Source: Trichomonas gallinae (taxonomy: Eukaryota). From it: a DNA stretch of 48,670 bases. The stretch covers positions 1-48,670 of the forward strand of contig MRSU01002031.1 in NCBI GenBank assembly GCA_008369845.1, read 5' to 3'. Positions within the stretch are counted from its first letter, which is position 1; every line of letters begins with the position of its first letter. The notes under the pieces were generated by a model, which saw only the letters and a list, made by a program, of their open reading frames with translations, ran no database searches and was not told the origin of the DNA. Of the stretch, positions 11,324 through 21,621 are shown one piece after another. The position numbers and the translations under genes are program-made.

Positions 11324-12035
11324 CTCGAAATTATTATAAAAATGACACTTGCCACTTTACATTGTCTCGGAACAATTACATGTCAATTTTCGATAAACAT
11401 GCCACTTAACATGATTTCTGTCACTATTCAACCAATTTGACAATTATGTATTATTACATGTCAAAATCGATATTTTACGAGTCATTTTGACTCGTTAAAT
11501 GAGATTATGTGTCACTTTTCGGATTTCGAATTTCTTCCAGGAATTTTAAAGCTTATAAAGAAACAATAATGATTTTTTCATGCTGTGATAGATGCACAAC
11601 TTGTAAATTCGAGCAAAGTACCCAAATTTAAATTTGAAGAAAAAATTTGGTATGATGTTTCATTTTAATTGGTTATTTTCATAAAACTTCTATTTTCTAG
11701 GAGATACACAAATTTAGAATCGTTAAAAACATATTTTTTCCATCTTGATTTGTGAAAATTACAAAAAAATCATTAGAAAAAAATAACATTTTTATTTAGA
11801 TCTGCTCAATTCATAAAATATTATAGACAAATTTTTAAAATAAAGATAATATTATACTATTTACATATAAACTAAGCTACTGTATGAGTACCTAAGCTCA
11901 ATACAGGATAGAAACAAATCAAAATTTTTTATGATTTTTTTGTTTGATTTAGATGTGTTATTATATAGTGAGCTTATTTATACGAAAAAATGTAAAAAAA
12001 AAATATTTCAGGTGAGTGAGGGAAAATCAGGTTTT

Positions 12036-15000
12036 ATGGCATCTCAGTCGATTATTGCCAAAGAAGTTGAGTCCCTTTCACTATCATTATCATTGACAGC
12101 ACAAATTCTTATCAAAAACAGGCCGAATATTGAAGGACTGGCCGAATTTGACAAAATTAATGTATTAAATACGTATCTTACCCATTTCTTTTCAACGAAT
12201 GACTCGATATTGGCTATACTTGCCCATGTAGCAGAGATTGCCCTGGTAGATCCTTATAATAGCGCAAAGGCTTTTATATCTTCTTTACCTACATTCACTT
12301 TCTCTCCTGATTTCAAACAGCCTAAGGGCATCACTTACATTGCTACAATCAAACCGACGGATCTTGCAAATATTGATGTACAATACAGCTTGCAATTAAT
12401 GAATGAAATTTTAATAGCGACATTCATGCAATTGCTTATATCTGGAATATCAGGACAAGCTAGTCAAGACAAGAGTTATATCTCTAAAGAAAATCAAGCA
12501 ATGATTCAGCAATTATATCAATTATTAATCCAAAATGCTTTTTCCACAAATGATATTACATATATAACGAGAGTTTCAATGATTTCAGCTGCATATTGGT
12601 CGAAAGCATTATATTCTATCACGCCATTTGTTACAGAACATGCACATCATTCATTGATCGCTGCAATGGAAAGAACAGTGTCAAATCACATTATGACATC
12701 GACTTATACATTGAGAATCTTTTCAGGATTTCATCCACAAAGGGCAACACAAGATCAAATTTCGAATTTTATTGAAAAACTTAAATTAGTCAACAAAGTT
12801 CTTCGAAATAATAAATATAACTATCAGTTCGGTGAAACAGTTTGTAAATTCATTCTTACTTACATCTGCGAAGTTATTTCGATTTATCCTTCAACATTAG
12901 ATATCAATACGATTTACGCGCCAATTTCGAAATATATCAGCAAATCTCTATCGAAATACGATGTTACTTTAAGCGTTCCTGAACTTGAAGCATTGAGAAT
13001 TTATTATTCCAATGAAAGCGCCAAAAAAGTAACACAATTTATCGAAAAAAGCTTAATTCCACTGATTAACTATCCATACAGATCAAGAAACTTCATCAGA
13101 GCTTTAACAATTTTATTAACAGGTCCAAACTACAACAAAGACGTCAGCGTTGATAAAAACTCTCAGCAAAAGAAGGCAAGTGGCAAATGTGAAATCCCAA
13201 TGGACTCAATTTTCTCTGCATTCGAAAAAGCAATTTCAAGAGGTCGGTATTTCGACGATACACAAACGGATCTTGCTATATTCATTGTACAGCTTGCCAA
13301 CTATGACCTTAATAGCTTCGCACAATTCAGGCAAAACGTAATTTCAACGCAAATATTTTCCCTGCATAACCATCTCGCTTTTACAATGTCGACAACAACG
13401 TTCTTAGTCCATGGATCAGCTTTCATCGCAGATAAACAGCTTTTCGATATAATAGATAAATCAGCTCTCGAAGTTATTAAGCGATTTATCGCCAAAAACA
13501 AAATTTCTCTCGCTCCTATGAACAGCGAGCTCTTCTTGGTGCAAAGCCTAGTTTCAGCAATTAAAACTACTCAAACTCCAATTAATCAATTTTTGCAATT
13601 TCTTCCAAAAGTGTCGCATCCGATGCCACCATCAGCAGACATGATTTCTGGCAGGAAAATCAAGATTAGATGGGACAGATTAGGCTCTAGAGTCATTGAG
13701 CACAAATTATTTGATCAATATGTTCCACAGCCTGTTTTAGCGAGTGGATATTCATCATCAAGCGATATGAAGAAAGTGGAAGGACAGATTGGCATTCTAA
13801 ACATGGCTGTTTTCATGAATTTCGTGAAAACAGTTGCCAGTGAGCTTCCTTACTTCGTTTTAAGTTCCAGCAACGAAATTGCTGCTATGGCAATTCACAC
13901 ACTTCAAGCTTTGCTTTACAAACAAAATCAAATTTTATTTAATCTCGTAAAATCGACACACAACTTAGTTTTCCTCTGCCCAACGATAGAATTAGCTCAT
14001 TTGTTCAGAATTGTTTACACAATGGAGCAAATTATTGATTCTGCAGTTTATATGAAATTAAAACCGGAAGAAAACATTGCTCCTTATATTGTTCAGATTA
14101 GTGTATTAGGTCTTTGCTCATCCTTCTCATATATTCGCTCAGAAGCAATAAAATTGTTCAACTTAGCTGAGAAAATTATTGGACCAGAAGCTTTCGCGAA
14201 TTTTGCAAATAACGAAGAACTTTCCACAAGAAAGCCATCAATTACAGCTCAAAAATCATATTTGCTGGACTTTTTATCATCAGAATTTTATCATTTTAAT
14301 GAAATCGCTCAATCCGACTACAACAACATCTATCAGTTCTATCTTGCATCATATGCCGCTAGTTTTACAAAATACAACAGAGATACTCTTTCTTTTCTCT
14401 TAAAATGTCTAGATTTATTCGAAATCGCGTCTGTTGACATAGTTTTCCTGCAGAACATCATAGTATTCATCGTCAACATGATCAACCCGTCAAATATGGA
14501 CTTAATAAATCTTTCGAATTTCTGGGCGTCGATTTTACGATATAAAACAGATAATCAAAACTTTGGCGTCGCATTATACTCATTTACACATCCATGCACG
14601 ATATCTACATTCATGAAACCACTGTACGGACTTCTAGGACCAACTTCTTTCAGGCTTTCTCTGCTTGTCGCTGAATATGATGATCACTATAAACTGATTC
14701 CTTATGTCAACCAGATGCTAGGTGCGATATTCAATAAATTCGAAGATGACGACCCAGAGAACATGGCGATGATTTATCAATTGATCACAGGCAAAACGAT
14801 CTTCAACAGGTTCTACAATGAAATGACTATAAACACACACTCGCCTTTCCCTTGCGTCAAAACCGTTTTGCCAAAAATGAACTACGACTCTGAAGGAACA
14901 TCATGGTACGATACATTGCCGGTGATTATGAACCAAAGCGGACCAATATGGGAACTATGCGTTGATTGCTACAAAGCAGTCCTCAATGTATTGCAGCCAT

Positions 15001-17111
15001 CAGAAGAATCAATCGGAAGAATGCTGAATAATGAGAGAATCACTCAATCAAGTATGTTGTCGCCATTATTCAGGTGGGCATTTGACAAAAATGCTGACAA
15101 ATTCTTGTCACTTTCTGAAACAAAGCCGCAATTTTTCGGTGCCTTTGGAGGTATGTTCAGCCATTTTGGTCAGCCAGAAGCTTATTTCAGGGACTGGAAC
15201 TTTTCAGCAGATGGACAACCGAGTGGACCATTCTCTGAATTCATCTACAAACATGTTGGAGATTTTATCGCTTTATCGTTCTTTTATTTGCTCGAAGAGT
15301 CGTTTGCTGGCATAAGACCACAAGCTCTTGACACACTTGCAGCTGTCACATTAACAACAATAGCAGCTGATGATGTCAAACCGGCCGCAGAAGTCTTCAA
15401 GCAAATGTCTGTCTTAAAGAGATATTTGCCTCCTTCACTGAGTGTCGTCCTCGAGCAAGAACTCGAAAAGACATCATCGATGCTTGCCAAGATGATGACT
15501 TTCTGTTCAGAGCAGTTTATTGCCAGGGCGATGAAGATGGCAAAGAAGAACCAGAAGATGATGCAAATGATTATTCCATGGCTTGACGACGTTTCAATTG
15601 AACACGGAGTAGAAATGGTCACAGCGAAAACACTGCCTTTGTTTAGATGCCTCAGGCCATTAGATATGTTTAAACTAATCTGTGACGCACCGCAGGGATC
15701 AGCAGTCAACAAAGTCATTTCTATTATAACAGGGAAGTCTCAATACGCACATGATTTGTTTTTCGCTTATTTAATTTCTTTGGTGGAAGAAAATTCTGCA
15801 AAAGCTCACCAAATAGTTGCCTTTTTACTGTCAAAATCTCCATCAGTTACAATAATGAGTCTTTCGAGGTTCATGACGCCGCCTTTCTTCTGCATAATGG
15901 ATGATGCACCGAGGTTCAGAGAAATCACGAATTTTGCCGTGGAAGCATTAATGGATGCTCCACCTTCTGCTGTAAAAAGTGCCAGTGTATGCGTTGTCGA
16001 TATCATTGCTGCGGCGAGCGCATTGGGAATCAACGCATCCAAGCTCATAAAGAAGTTCGCAGAGTACTACAACGTCGACAAGGAATATCAGATCTTGTTG
16101 AAGTGGGCGAGAGTGCCTGACAGTTCTGTTTCAAGCTGCGCGCTCAGTCTACTAGGAAAACACGTCGAGCACACTTGCCTTGACAATGAAACAAACGGTT
16201 ACAAATACGCTGCATACGAGATAAAGGACGGCTCAAACATGTCAGACGAATATTTGATGCCTAGACTCAAAAAGATTTCAGCTTCTTTGTCTTTGATATC
16301 TATTGGAATTCCTACTTCAAGTCAGTTCTGGGATGCAGCGGCTTTCTTGATGTTCAATGATTATAGGGCTGAAGACATCATTGAGTCAGCGCTCGCTGTC
16401 GTTTCTAAGACTTTAGAGAGACAAGTCAACAATCTCAGCATCATGCAATCATTCCCAGGTTTTTTGCCTTTGATGCTCAACTCACTCATCACAGAGAAAA
16501 CACGTCCTGGATGGGAGAACGTCATTCTAAAAGCAGACATCAAAATGTTAGCTTCGGAATCAAATGTCAAATATTTGAAATTGTTCGAAATCGATGACTT
16601 TCCGATTCATCCTAAATGCATTTCAAACAGAAAGTCAGCAGTTGATATACTCAAAGACTTCGACAACACCATGAAGCAGCATTTGGTGAACTTCTTGTCA
16701 CAATACGTGCAGACGACATTAAACGAGCCTCAGCAGAGAGAAACAGTTATGCAATTGATCTGCTCTTTAATTGAGTGCTCGACAAGTTTAGATTTGACGC
16801 CTTTCTCAGCTTTGGCTATGACAATGAGATCCGAGTGCATGATGGGCATCCTCCCAGTACACGTAAGATTGCTCAGAGACTTGTCAAATGTTAGGCTTAA
16901 TCTCAAAGAGCAAGAAAAAGTCAAGAAACCATTCCCTTTAGTAGTATCAAAAGACCCCGGTGTCAGACAGTTTGTTGACCTCGACATCGACTTGCAGGAG
17001 AAGTGGAGCTTAGTCATTCACACCAAGGAATATGAACCTGCTCAGACAACCATTAGGTTACCATTTATTTCGGTTAACACTATTCAAAAATTATCTGAAT
17101 TAGTTTTGTAA
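12036..17111 (+). CDS. Large ARM/HEAT-like protein, probable divergent Furry/Tao3/Mor2-PAG1 family
   Basis: About 1690-aa helical ORF. Blocks resemble recalled Furry-family motifs in the right order: FVLSSSNEIAAMAIHTLQALL, LGLCSSFSYIRSEAIKL, ALSFFYLLEESFAGIRPQALDTL, TSSMLAK...IIPWLDDVSI. Confidence 0.6.
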   Translation: MASQSIIAKEVESLSLSLSLTAQILIKNRPNIEGLAEFDKINVLNTYLTHFFSTNDSILAILAHVAEIALVDPYNSAKAFISSLPTFTFSPDFKQPKGITYIATIKPTDLANIDVQYSLQLMNEILIATFMQLLISGISGQASQDKSYISKENQAMIQQLYQLLIQNAFSTNDITYITRVSMISAAYWSKALYSITPFVTEHAHHSLIAAMERTVSNHIMTSTYTLRIFSGFHPQRATQDQISNFIEKLKLVNKVLRNNKYNYQFGETVCKFILTYICEVISIYPSTLDINTIYAPISKYISKSLSKYDVTLSVPELEALRIYYSNESAKKVTQFIEKSLIPLINYPYRSRNFIRALTILLTGPNYNKDVSVDKNSQQKKASGKCEIPMDSIFSAFEKAISRGRYFDDTQTDLAIFIVQLANYDLNSFAQFRQNVISTQIFSLHNHLAFTMSTTTFLVHGSAFIADKQLFDIIDKSALEVIKRFIAKNKISLAPMNSELFLVQSLVSAIKTTQTPINQFLQFLPKVSHPMPPSADMISGRKIKIRWDRLGSRVIEHKLFDQYVPQPVLASGYSSSSDMKKVEGQIGILNMAVFMNFVKTVASELPYFVLSSSNEIAAMAIHTLQALLYKQNQILFNLVKSTHNLVFLCPTIELAHLFRIVYTMEQIIDSAVYMKLKPEENIAPYIVQISVLGLCSSFSYIRSEAIKLFNLAEKIIGPEAFANFANNEELSTRKPSITAQKSYLLDFLSSEFYHFNEIAQSDYNNIYQFYLASYAASFTKYNRDTLSFLLKCLDLFEIASVDIVFLQNIIVFIVNMINPSNMDLINLSNFWASILRYKTDNQNFGVALYSFTHPCTISTFMKPLYGLLGPTSFRLSLLVAEYDDHYKLIPYVNQMLGAIFNKFEDDDPENMAMIYQLITGKTIFNRFYNEMTINTHSPFPCVKTVLPKMNYDSEGTSWYDTLPVIMNQSGPIWELCVDCYKAVLNVLQPSEESIGRMLNNERITQSSMLSPLFRWAFDKNADKFLSLSETKPQFFGAFGGMFSHFGQPEAYFRDWNFSADGQPSGPFSEFIYKHVGDFIALSFFYLLEESFAGIRPQALDTLAAVTLTTIAADDVKPAAEVFKQMSVLKRYLPPSLSVVLEQELEKTSSMLAKMMTFCSEQFIARAMKMAKKNQKMMQMIIPWLDDVSIEHGVEMVTAKTLPLFRCLRPLDMFKLICDAPQGSAVNKVISIITGKSQYAHDLFFAYLISLVEENSAKAHQIVAFLLSKSPSVTIMSLSRFMTPPFFCIMDDAPRFREITNFAVEALMDAPPSAVKSASVCVVDIIAAASALGINASKLIKKFAEYYNVDKEYQILLKWARVPDSSVSSCALSLLGKHVEHTCLDNETNGYKYAAYEIKDGSNMSDEYLMPRLKKISASLSLISIGIPTSSQFWDAAAFLMFNDYRAEDIIESALAVVSKTLERQVNNLSIMQSFPGFLPLMLNSLITEKTRPGWENVILKADIKMLASESNVKYLKLFEIDDFPIHPKCISNRKSAVDILKDFDNTMKQHLVNFLSQYVQTTLNEPQQRETVMQLICSLIECSTSLDLTPFSALAMTMRSECMMGILPVHVRLLRDLSNVRLNLKEQEKVKKPFPLVVSKDPGVRQFVDLDIDLQEKWSLVIHTKEYEPAQTTIRLPFISVNTIQKLSELVL

Positions 17112-17161
17112 ATTTATAAATTCTTGTTATTTTCGAGTTATATGGCTTGTTTTTATATCAG

Positions 17162-17833
17162 ATGCATGTCGAATCGTTAAAAGTGCCATTAATTAGAATG
17201 ACTCAAGGATGGTACACGAAAATTATAACAAAACAGGATCAGAACAATCGCTGGTTGACTATTAATGACTTCTGGATAAATATTTATGCAAATAAGAAAG
17301 ATCTAATACCATTATTTTGCTTACATACGAGTAAACTTGAAATTACAGAAAATTCAGAGGAATATTCAAACATGTACTCATTCAACATAACAATAAACCA
17401 TCCGTGCGCGCACCATTCGCTAAAAATCGCAACTCCAAATCAATTCGACATTTTAGAAATTAGAGAGAAATTACAGGGTGAAATCAAAAGATGGATACAA
17501 TATATGCCATCAGCAGAGATAGAATTGCCAAAAAGATTCGTTATGGATTATTTTGGGAAATTTATTTACAGAAGTTGCGATAGATTGTTTGTAACAATAG
17601 CAGATGATGGCATAGAAGTCAAACAGGAAGACAAAGAAGATATTTCAATTAAATTTGATTCATCTTTTGATACTCATCCAACTTTGGAAACATTTGAGGA
17701 TTGCAAATGGATTGCGATTGCATCAGATAATGGAAGCTATCGTTTTCACTGCCAAACACTTGAAGATACAAAAGATTTTGTTACAATTAGTTTAATCGCT
17801 GCAAATCGTTCTTCTAAACCAGAATCAGTCTAA
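17162..17833 (+). CDS. Hypothetical protein with PH-like fold(s)
   Basis: MTQGWYTK..NNRWLTIND..INIYANK pattern and a second beta-rich unit ending YRFHCQTLEDTKDFV. Confidence 0.6.
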   Translation: MHVESLKVPLIRMTQGWYTKIITKQDQNNRWLTINDFWINIYANKKDLIPLFCLHTSKLEITENSEEYSNMYSFNITINHPCAHHSLKIATPNQFDILEIREKLQGEIKRWIQYMPSAEIELPKRFVMDYFGKFIYRSCDRLFVTIADDGIEVKQEDKEDISIKFDSSFDTHPTLETFEDCKWIAIASDNGSYRFHCQTLEDTKDFVTISLIAANRSSKPESV

Positions 17834-18106
17834 TGACACTCTTATCAACACATGTTTGAACCAGTTACTCATCAAATAATGATAATTACTTATAACACAC
17901 TGCGAAAGTCTACTATCATTAACTTTAAAGGCATCATTAGTGGAAATTTAATGATAAAAAGGCATAAGTTTGTTGTATATCGTTAAATCAATCAGATAAT
18001 CGATAGAATGCTTAACTCTCATGATATCATGCCCCAAAAAAGTGTATCGAATTATATTTATACTCTAAAGTTGTATTAAACATATTTTCAAAAAAATTAA
18101 TTTTAT

Positions 18107-18235
18107 TGCCATGTAAACAAATCAAATTGTTTTGTAAATTTATTTTTGTCATGTAAAAAATTAAAAATTGCTTTGTAAATTATTTCGCCATGTAAAAATA
18201 TTTCTGTCATATTAATAATAGATTTTGCCACGTAA
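18107..18235 (+). promoter_or_regulatory. Four phased copies of TG[CT]CA[TC]GTAA in a ~40-bp tandem unit upstream of the bromodomain gene
   Basis: Motif starts at 18107, 18147, 18186 and 18226; spacers partly conserved (AAATTG[TC]TTTGTAAATT). Confidence 0.7.
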
Positions 18236-18272
18236 CCATTTGTAAAGCTAAGTTTTGTCATTTTTATTAAAA

Positions 18273-19142
18273 ATGCAGAATGAAGCGCCAAATGCACAAC
18301 CAATAAAATATCAATTCATATTTTCCTCATTTATCGAACCACCGAAGTTCACATTCACATATAATCCAGAATTAAAGACAAAAATCATTACATCTTCGGT
18401 AGATACTTCGATTTATCATGATTATTCAACATCTTCGATGTCTGAGTCTATAGAAATCATGGAGAAATTCGTTTCATTACATGCATGCGACAAATTACTT
18501 TCTATTCTATTGAAACAGCCAGATTTATCAATTTTCCGCAACCCAGTCGAAACTAAAAAGCCTGGAATGGAGAAATACTTGGATATCATCAAAGAGCCGA
18601 TGGATCTGTCAACACTACAACGAAAATTACGAAATGGCTGCATCCCAACAATTTCAGAATTTCGCAGATCTTTGGCTTTAATATGGACAAATTCCGAGAC
18701 ATTCTGGGGCCCAGACGATGTCATCACGAAATCCGCACTAAACATCAAACGCGTCTCAGAAGATTTCTTCGGAAAACTACCTGTGCCTTCAGAATCAACA
18801 GCACTCGAGAAACTGAAGAAGATGGATGAGAATATGACAAAACTTGAGTCAATTCTCGACACTGTCCTTCATATTCCACCGAGACCGAAAATCGATAAAC
18901 CGAGGGAGCCTAAACCACAGCCAAAGCAGCCTAAAGTTGTCGAGCAGAAGGTCGTCATCACGCGTCCAACACAGAATGAGCTCAAGAGGATTGCTGCAAC
19001 ACTCGCGCAGACTCCACCAGCAGATTTGAAGCCTGCCTGGGACATCCTTTACGCGCACAAAGGAGACAAGACACAGCTCAACCTTAACGATCTCCCAGAA
19101 AACGTACAGATAGAATTAAAACGCCTTGTTCTTAAACTGTAA
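18273..19142 (+). CDS. Bromodomain protein with C-terminal ET-like domain
   Basis: IFRNPV...YLDIIKEPMDLSTLQRKL...LIWTNSETF; C-terminal ELKRIAATL...LNLNDLPENVQIELKRLV; Inr TCATTTTT at 18258. Confidence 0.88.
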   Translation: MQNEAPNAQPIKYQFIFSSFIEPPKFTFTYNPELKTKIITSSVDTSIYHDYSTSSMSESIEIMEKFVSLHACDKLLSILLKQPDLSIFRNPVETKKPGMEKYLDIIKEPMDLSTLQRKLRNGCIPTISEFRRSLALIWTNSETFWGPDDVITKSALNIKRVSEDFFGKLPVPSESTALEKLKKMDENMTKLESILDTVLHIPPRPKIDKPREPKPQPKQPKVVEQKVVITRPTQNELKRIAATLAQTPPADLKPAWDILYAHKGDKTQLNLNDLPENVQIELKRLVLKL

Positions 19143-19751
19143 ATAATATTGTTAATAAAGCTAAATTTATTGTATTGATTTTCTTTCTTTCACCTACAGT
19201 CATCCCATTTCAACATCAATTTTCCATTTTACACATCTTCTTTAAATCAATTTTTTTTTTTAATTATTGAAGTTTCTATGATAATATTGACTGTTATCAG
19301 TAGATGCGCAAACTGTTTGCATCAGAATAGAATATATCCTGAATGCACATGTTTTTGCATCATGATGTAATCTTATTTCTTCGGACAAACATGAAACGAA
19401 CAAAGTAGTCCATACTTATGCTTACTATCATAAAAATCTACTACATGCAAATAACTATAGGTGAGGCATGATTGTATACTAGTTCCAGTTATTTTTTGCA
19501 TTTTGAACAAAAAATAATTTCGAATCAATATCACAATATAACTAAAATAATCATATTATACTTTTATTTAATTAGAGAATGATGTGTACAGATACTATGT
19601 AGAGTTTGGAGGCTCGATTAAGCTTCAAATATTGCGTTTGCCTATATTTCACGAATTTGCTCCTTTTCATTTTCATGATATATATGGTTTGTGATAATGA
19701 TTTTTTAAAAAAGACTGAAAATGTAATAGAGTAAAACATTGATATTTAGTT

Positions 19752-20972
19752 CTAATGACCCGAGAGTGTTCTTGCTTTTCCAGAGAATGGAGACTTATTA
19801 TCTTTTTGCTGTGGTTGACCATACAAAGCGTTTGGATCAACTGGTTTCTCTTCTGGAAGCTTATCACCTTCCTCATGCTTTCCTTTGATTGTTCTGCCAA
19901 CACCTGTGAATAGTGGCTTCTTTTCTTCCTTCTTCTCGCCTTCCTCCTTTTGTTCTGGTACTGCATCTTGCTGCTTTGGTGTCTGGACGCGTTTGCCGTC
20001 GAGAGTTCTTCCAACACCAGAAATTGTAGACTTTGGTGGCTGCTGTGGCTTATCCTCCTTGTCATATGACTTCAGGGAGTCCTTTGAGCCGGCCATATTA
20101 TCCATTGAAGAAGATCCGGATTTATTCTTTCCGAGGAATCTGCTCTGACCGATGAATGCTGAGTCCTTCTTTTCGTACTTCTCCTTTTCTTTTTCAACCA
20201 TAACACTTTCCTTGTTCTCCTGTGGCTTTACGCTCTTACCGTTCTCGAAAACAACATATTCAGGCTGATATTGAGAAGAATTACGAATGCGCTCACGCTC
20301 TTCGAATGTAGAATGCAGGAACTTGCGTTCTTCTGTGTATTCGACGCTCTTTCCGCGAATTGTTTTACCCTGGTGTGTTTTAATTTCTTCGTAATTGTCT
20401 GAATCTGTATCTGGCTCAAGCCACCTGTGCTTAAACTCTGTTTCAGGTGGAGCAAACTCGGTAGCTAAGTCGACGTTGTTGATAAAAATTCCCTCTGATG
20501 GTTTTGTTTGAAGAACGCGAAGTCTGTAGACACGATTTGCGAACTGAATTGGAATGATTGATCCTTGAGTGAGAACAGGGAATGTTCTCAATGTTTTACT
20601 GAGAACAATCGCTGGATCTTGAATTGCACTGAAAGTAGAATCCAGTGGCTGGAATGTAGCTTCCTTTCCGACTGGTGGTCTTGCTACTGTGATTCTAATG
20701 TAATCAAATTGGCTCACGCCAATTAGATCCATCATCCAAAGAGGCATAACGATTTCGCCTGGATTTGTGTTGTCATCTGCCATACCGCAATATACTTTAG
20801 CGTTATTTTGAGGATTAGTAATGCAAAATACTGTAATTCTTGGTCCTGTTCCATCATAATTAAAGGTATCGCGGACTGCATCAAGGGGAAGCATCACTCT
20901 TCCGGTATATTCAAGCTCTGTCTTTCCATAAGCACCTGGACCTAAAACTTTAAGCCTAGCAGTGTAAGTCAT
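19752..20972 (-). CDS. UFD1: Ubiquitin fusion degradation protein 1 family
   Basis: ELEYTGRVMLP, MPLWMM, ATFQP, DPAIVLSKTLRTFPVLTQG, DLATEFAPP; C-terminal SHP-like motifs. ATG at 20972. Confidence 0.88.
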   Translation of the reverse strand: MTYTARLKVLGPGAYGKTELEYTGRVMLPLDAVRDTFNYDGTGPRITVFCITNPQNNAKVYCGMADDNTNPGEIVMPLWMMDLIGVSQFDYIRITVARPPVGKEATFQPLDSTFSAIQDPAIVLSKTLRTFPVLTQGSIIPIQFANRVYRLRVLQTKPSEGIFINNVDLATEFAPPETEFKHRWLEPDTDSDNYEEIKTHQGKTIRGKSVEYTEERKFLHSTFEERERIRNSSQYQPEYVVFENGKSVKPQENKESVMVEKEKEKYEKKDSAFIGQSRFLGKNKSGSSSMDNMAGSKDSLKSYDKEDKPQQPPKSTISGVGRTLDGKRVQTPKQQDAVPEQKEEGEKKEEKKPLFTGVGRTIKGKHEEGDKLPEEKPVDPNALYGQPQQKDNKSPFSGKARTLSGH

Positions 20973-21621
20973 GTCGAAATTTTTTGAATTGTCAAATTTT
21001 TTAATTTTTTTTTTCTTATTCGAACAATTTTCGAAAAGTGACATTAATGAAAAGTGGCAAATATCTTTCGAAATCAAACAAAAATAATAAGATTCTAAAT
21101 ATCTTAAATATTTCACTGGGTAACACAGTTTTTATTATAATATTATTGTATCACATCTGATTGATTTCATTTTGATTCATCTTTTTTTAAAGGGTGACCC
21201 TTTTTTTAAAGAAATTCTGATATTGTAAATTGTCAAAAACATCCAAAATTTATTTAAAATGTCAAAGATTTAATGAATATGTCGTGTAAAGTGTCATGAC
21301 TCAAAAGTGACAAGTTTTTAAAAATGATAAATTTTAAAAAACGACATGGCCAAAAATGATATTTTTTTGAAAAGTGAATGAAAGTAACGTATTTTAAAGT
21401 GTCAGTTTCGTCACTTTTCAGATTATCTCTCATTTTGAAAATCAGTGGATCTAAGTAGGCATGATATTCAAATCTTTTTGATGTTCCAACCTTCTTCAAA
21501 CATCGATTAATGATAATATCAAAGTGAAATGGGAAAAAAATCTATATTGTAAATTATACATAGATAAAAATCAAGATAATAAATTAATTTTATTAAAATC
21601 AAAATATATATAATATAGAAA

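Noticed and set aside
11931..12035. Extended N-termini given by the ORF track (also at 2871, 5881, 21116, 25713, 27206 and 44328)
   Set aside because: These run through AT-rich promoter sequence, often from TTG/GTG codons; downstream ATGs in typical context fit better.
19300..19325. Short hairpin GATGCGCAAAC/GTTTGCATC
   Set aside because: Short, bulged and single; compatible with chance and with no other support.
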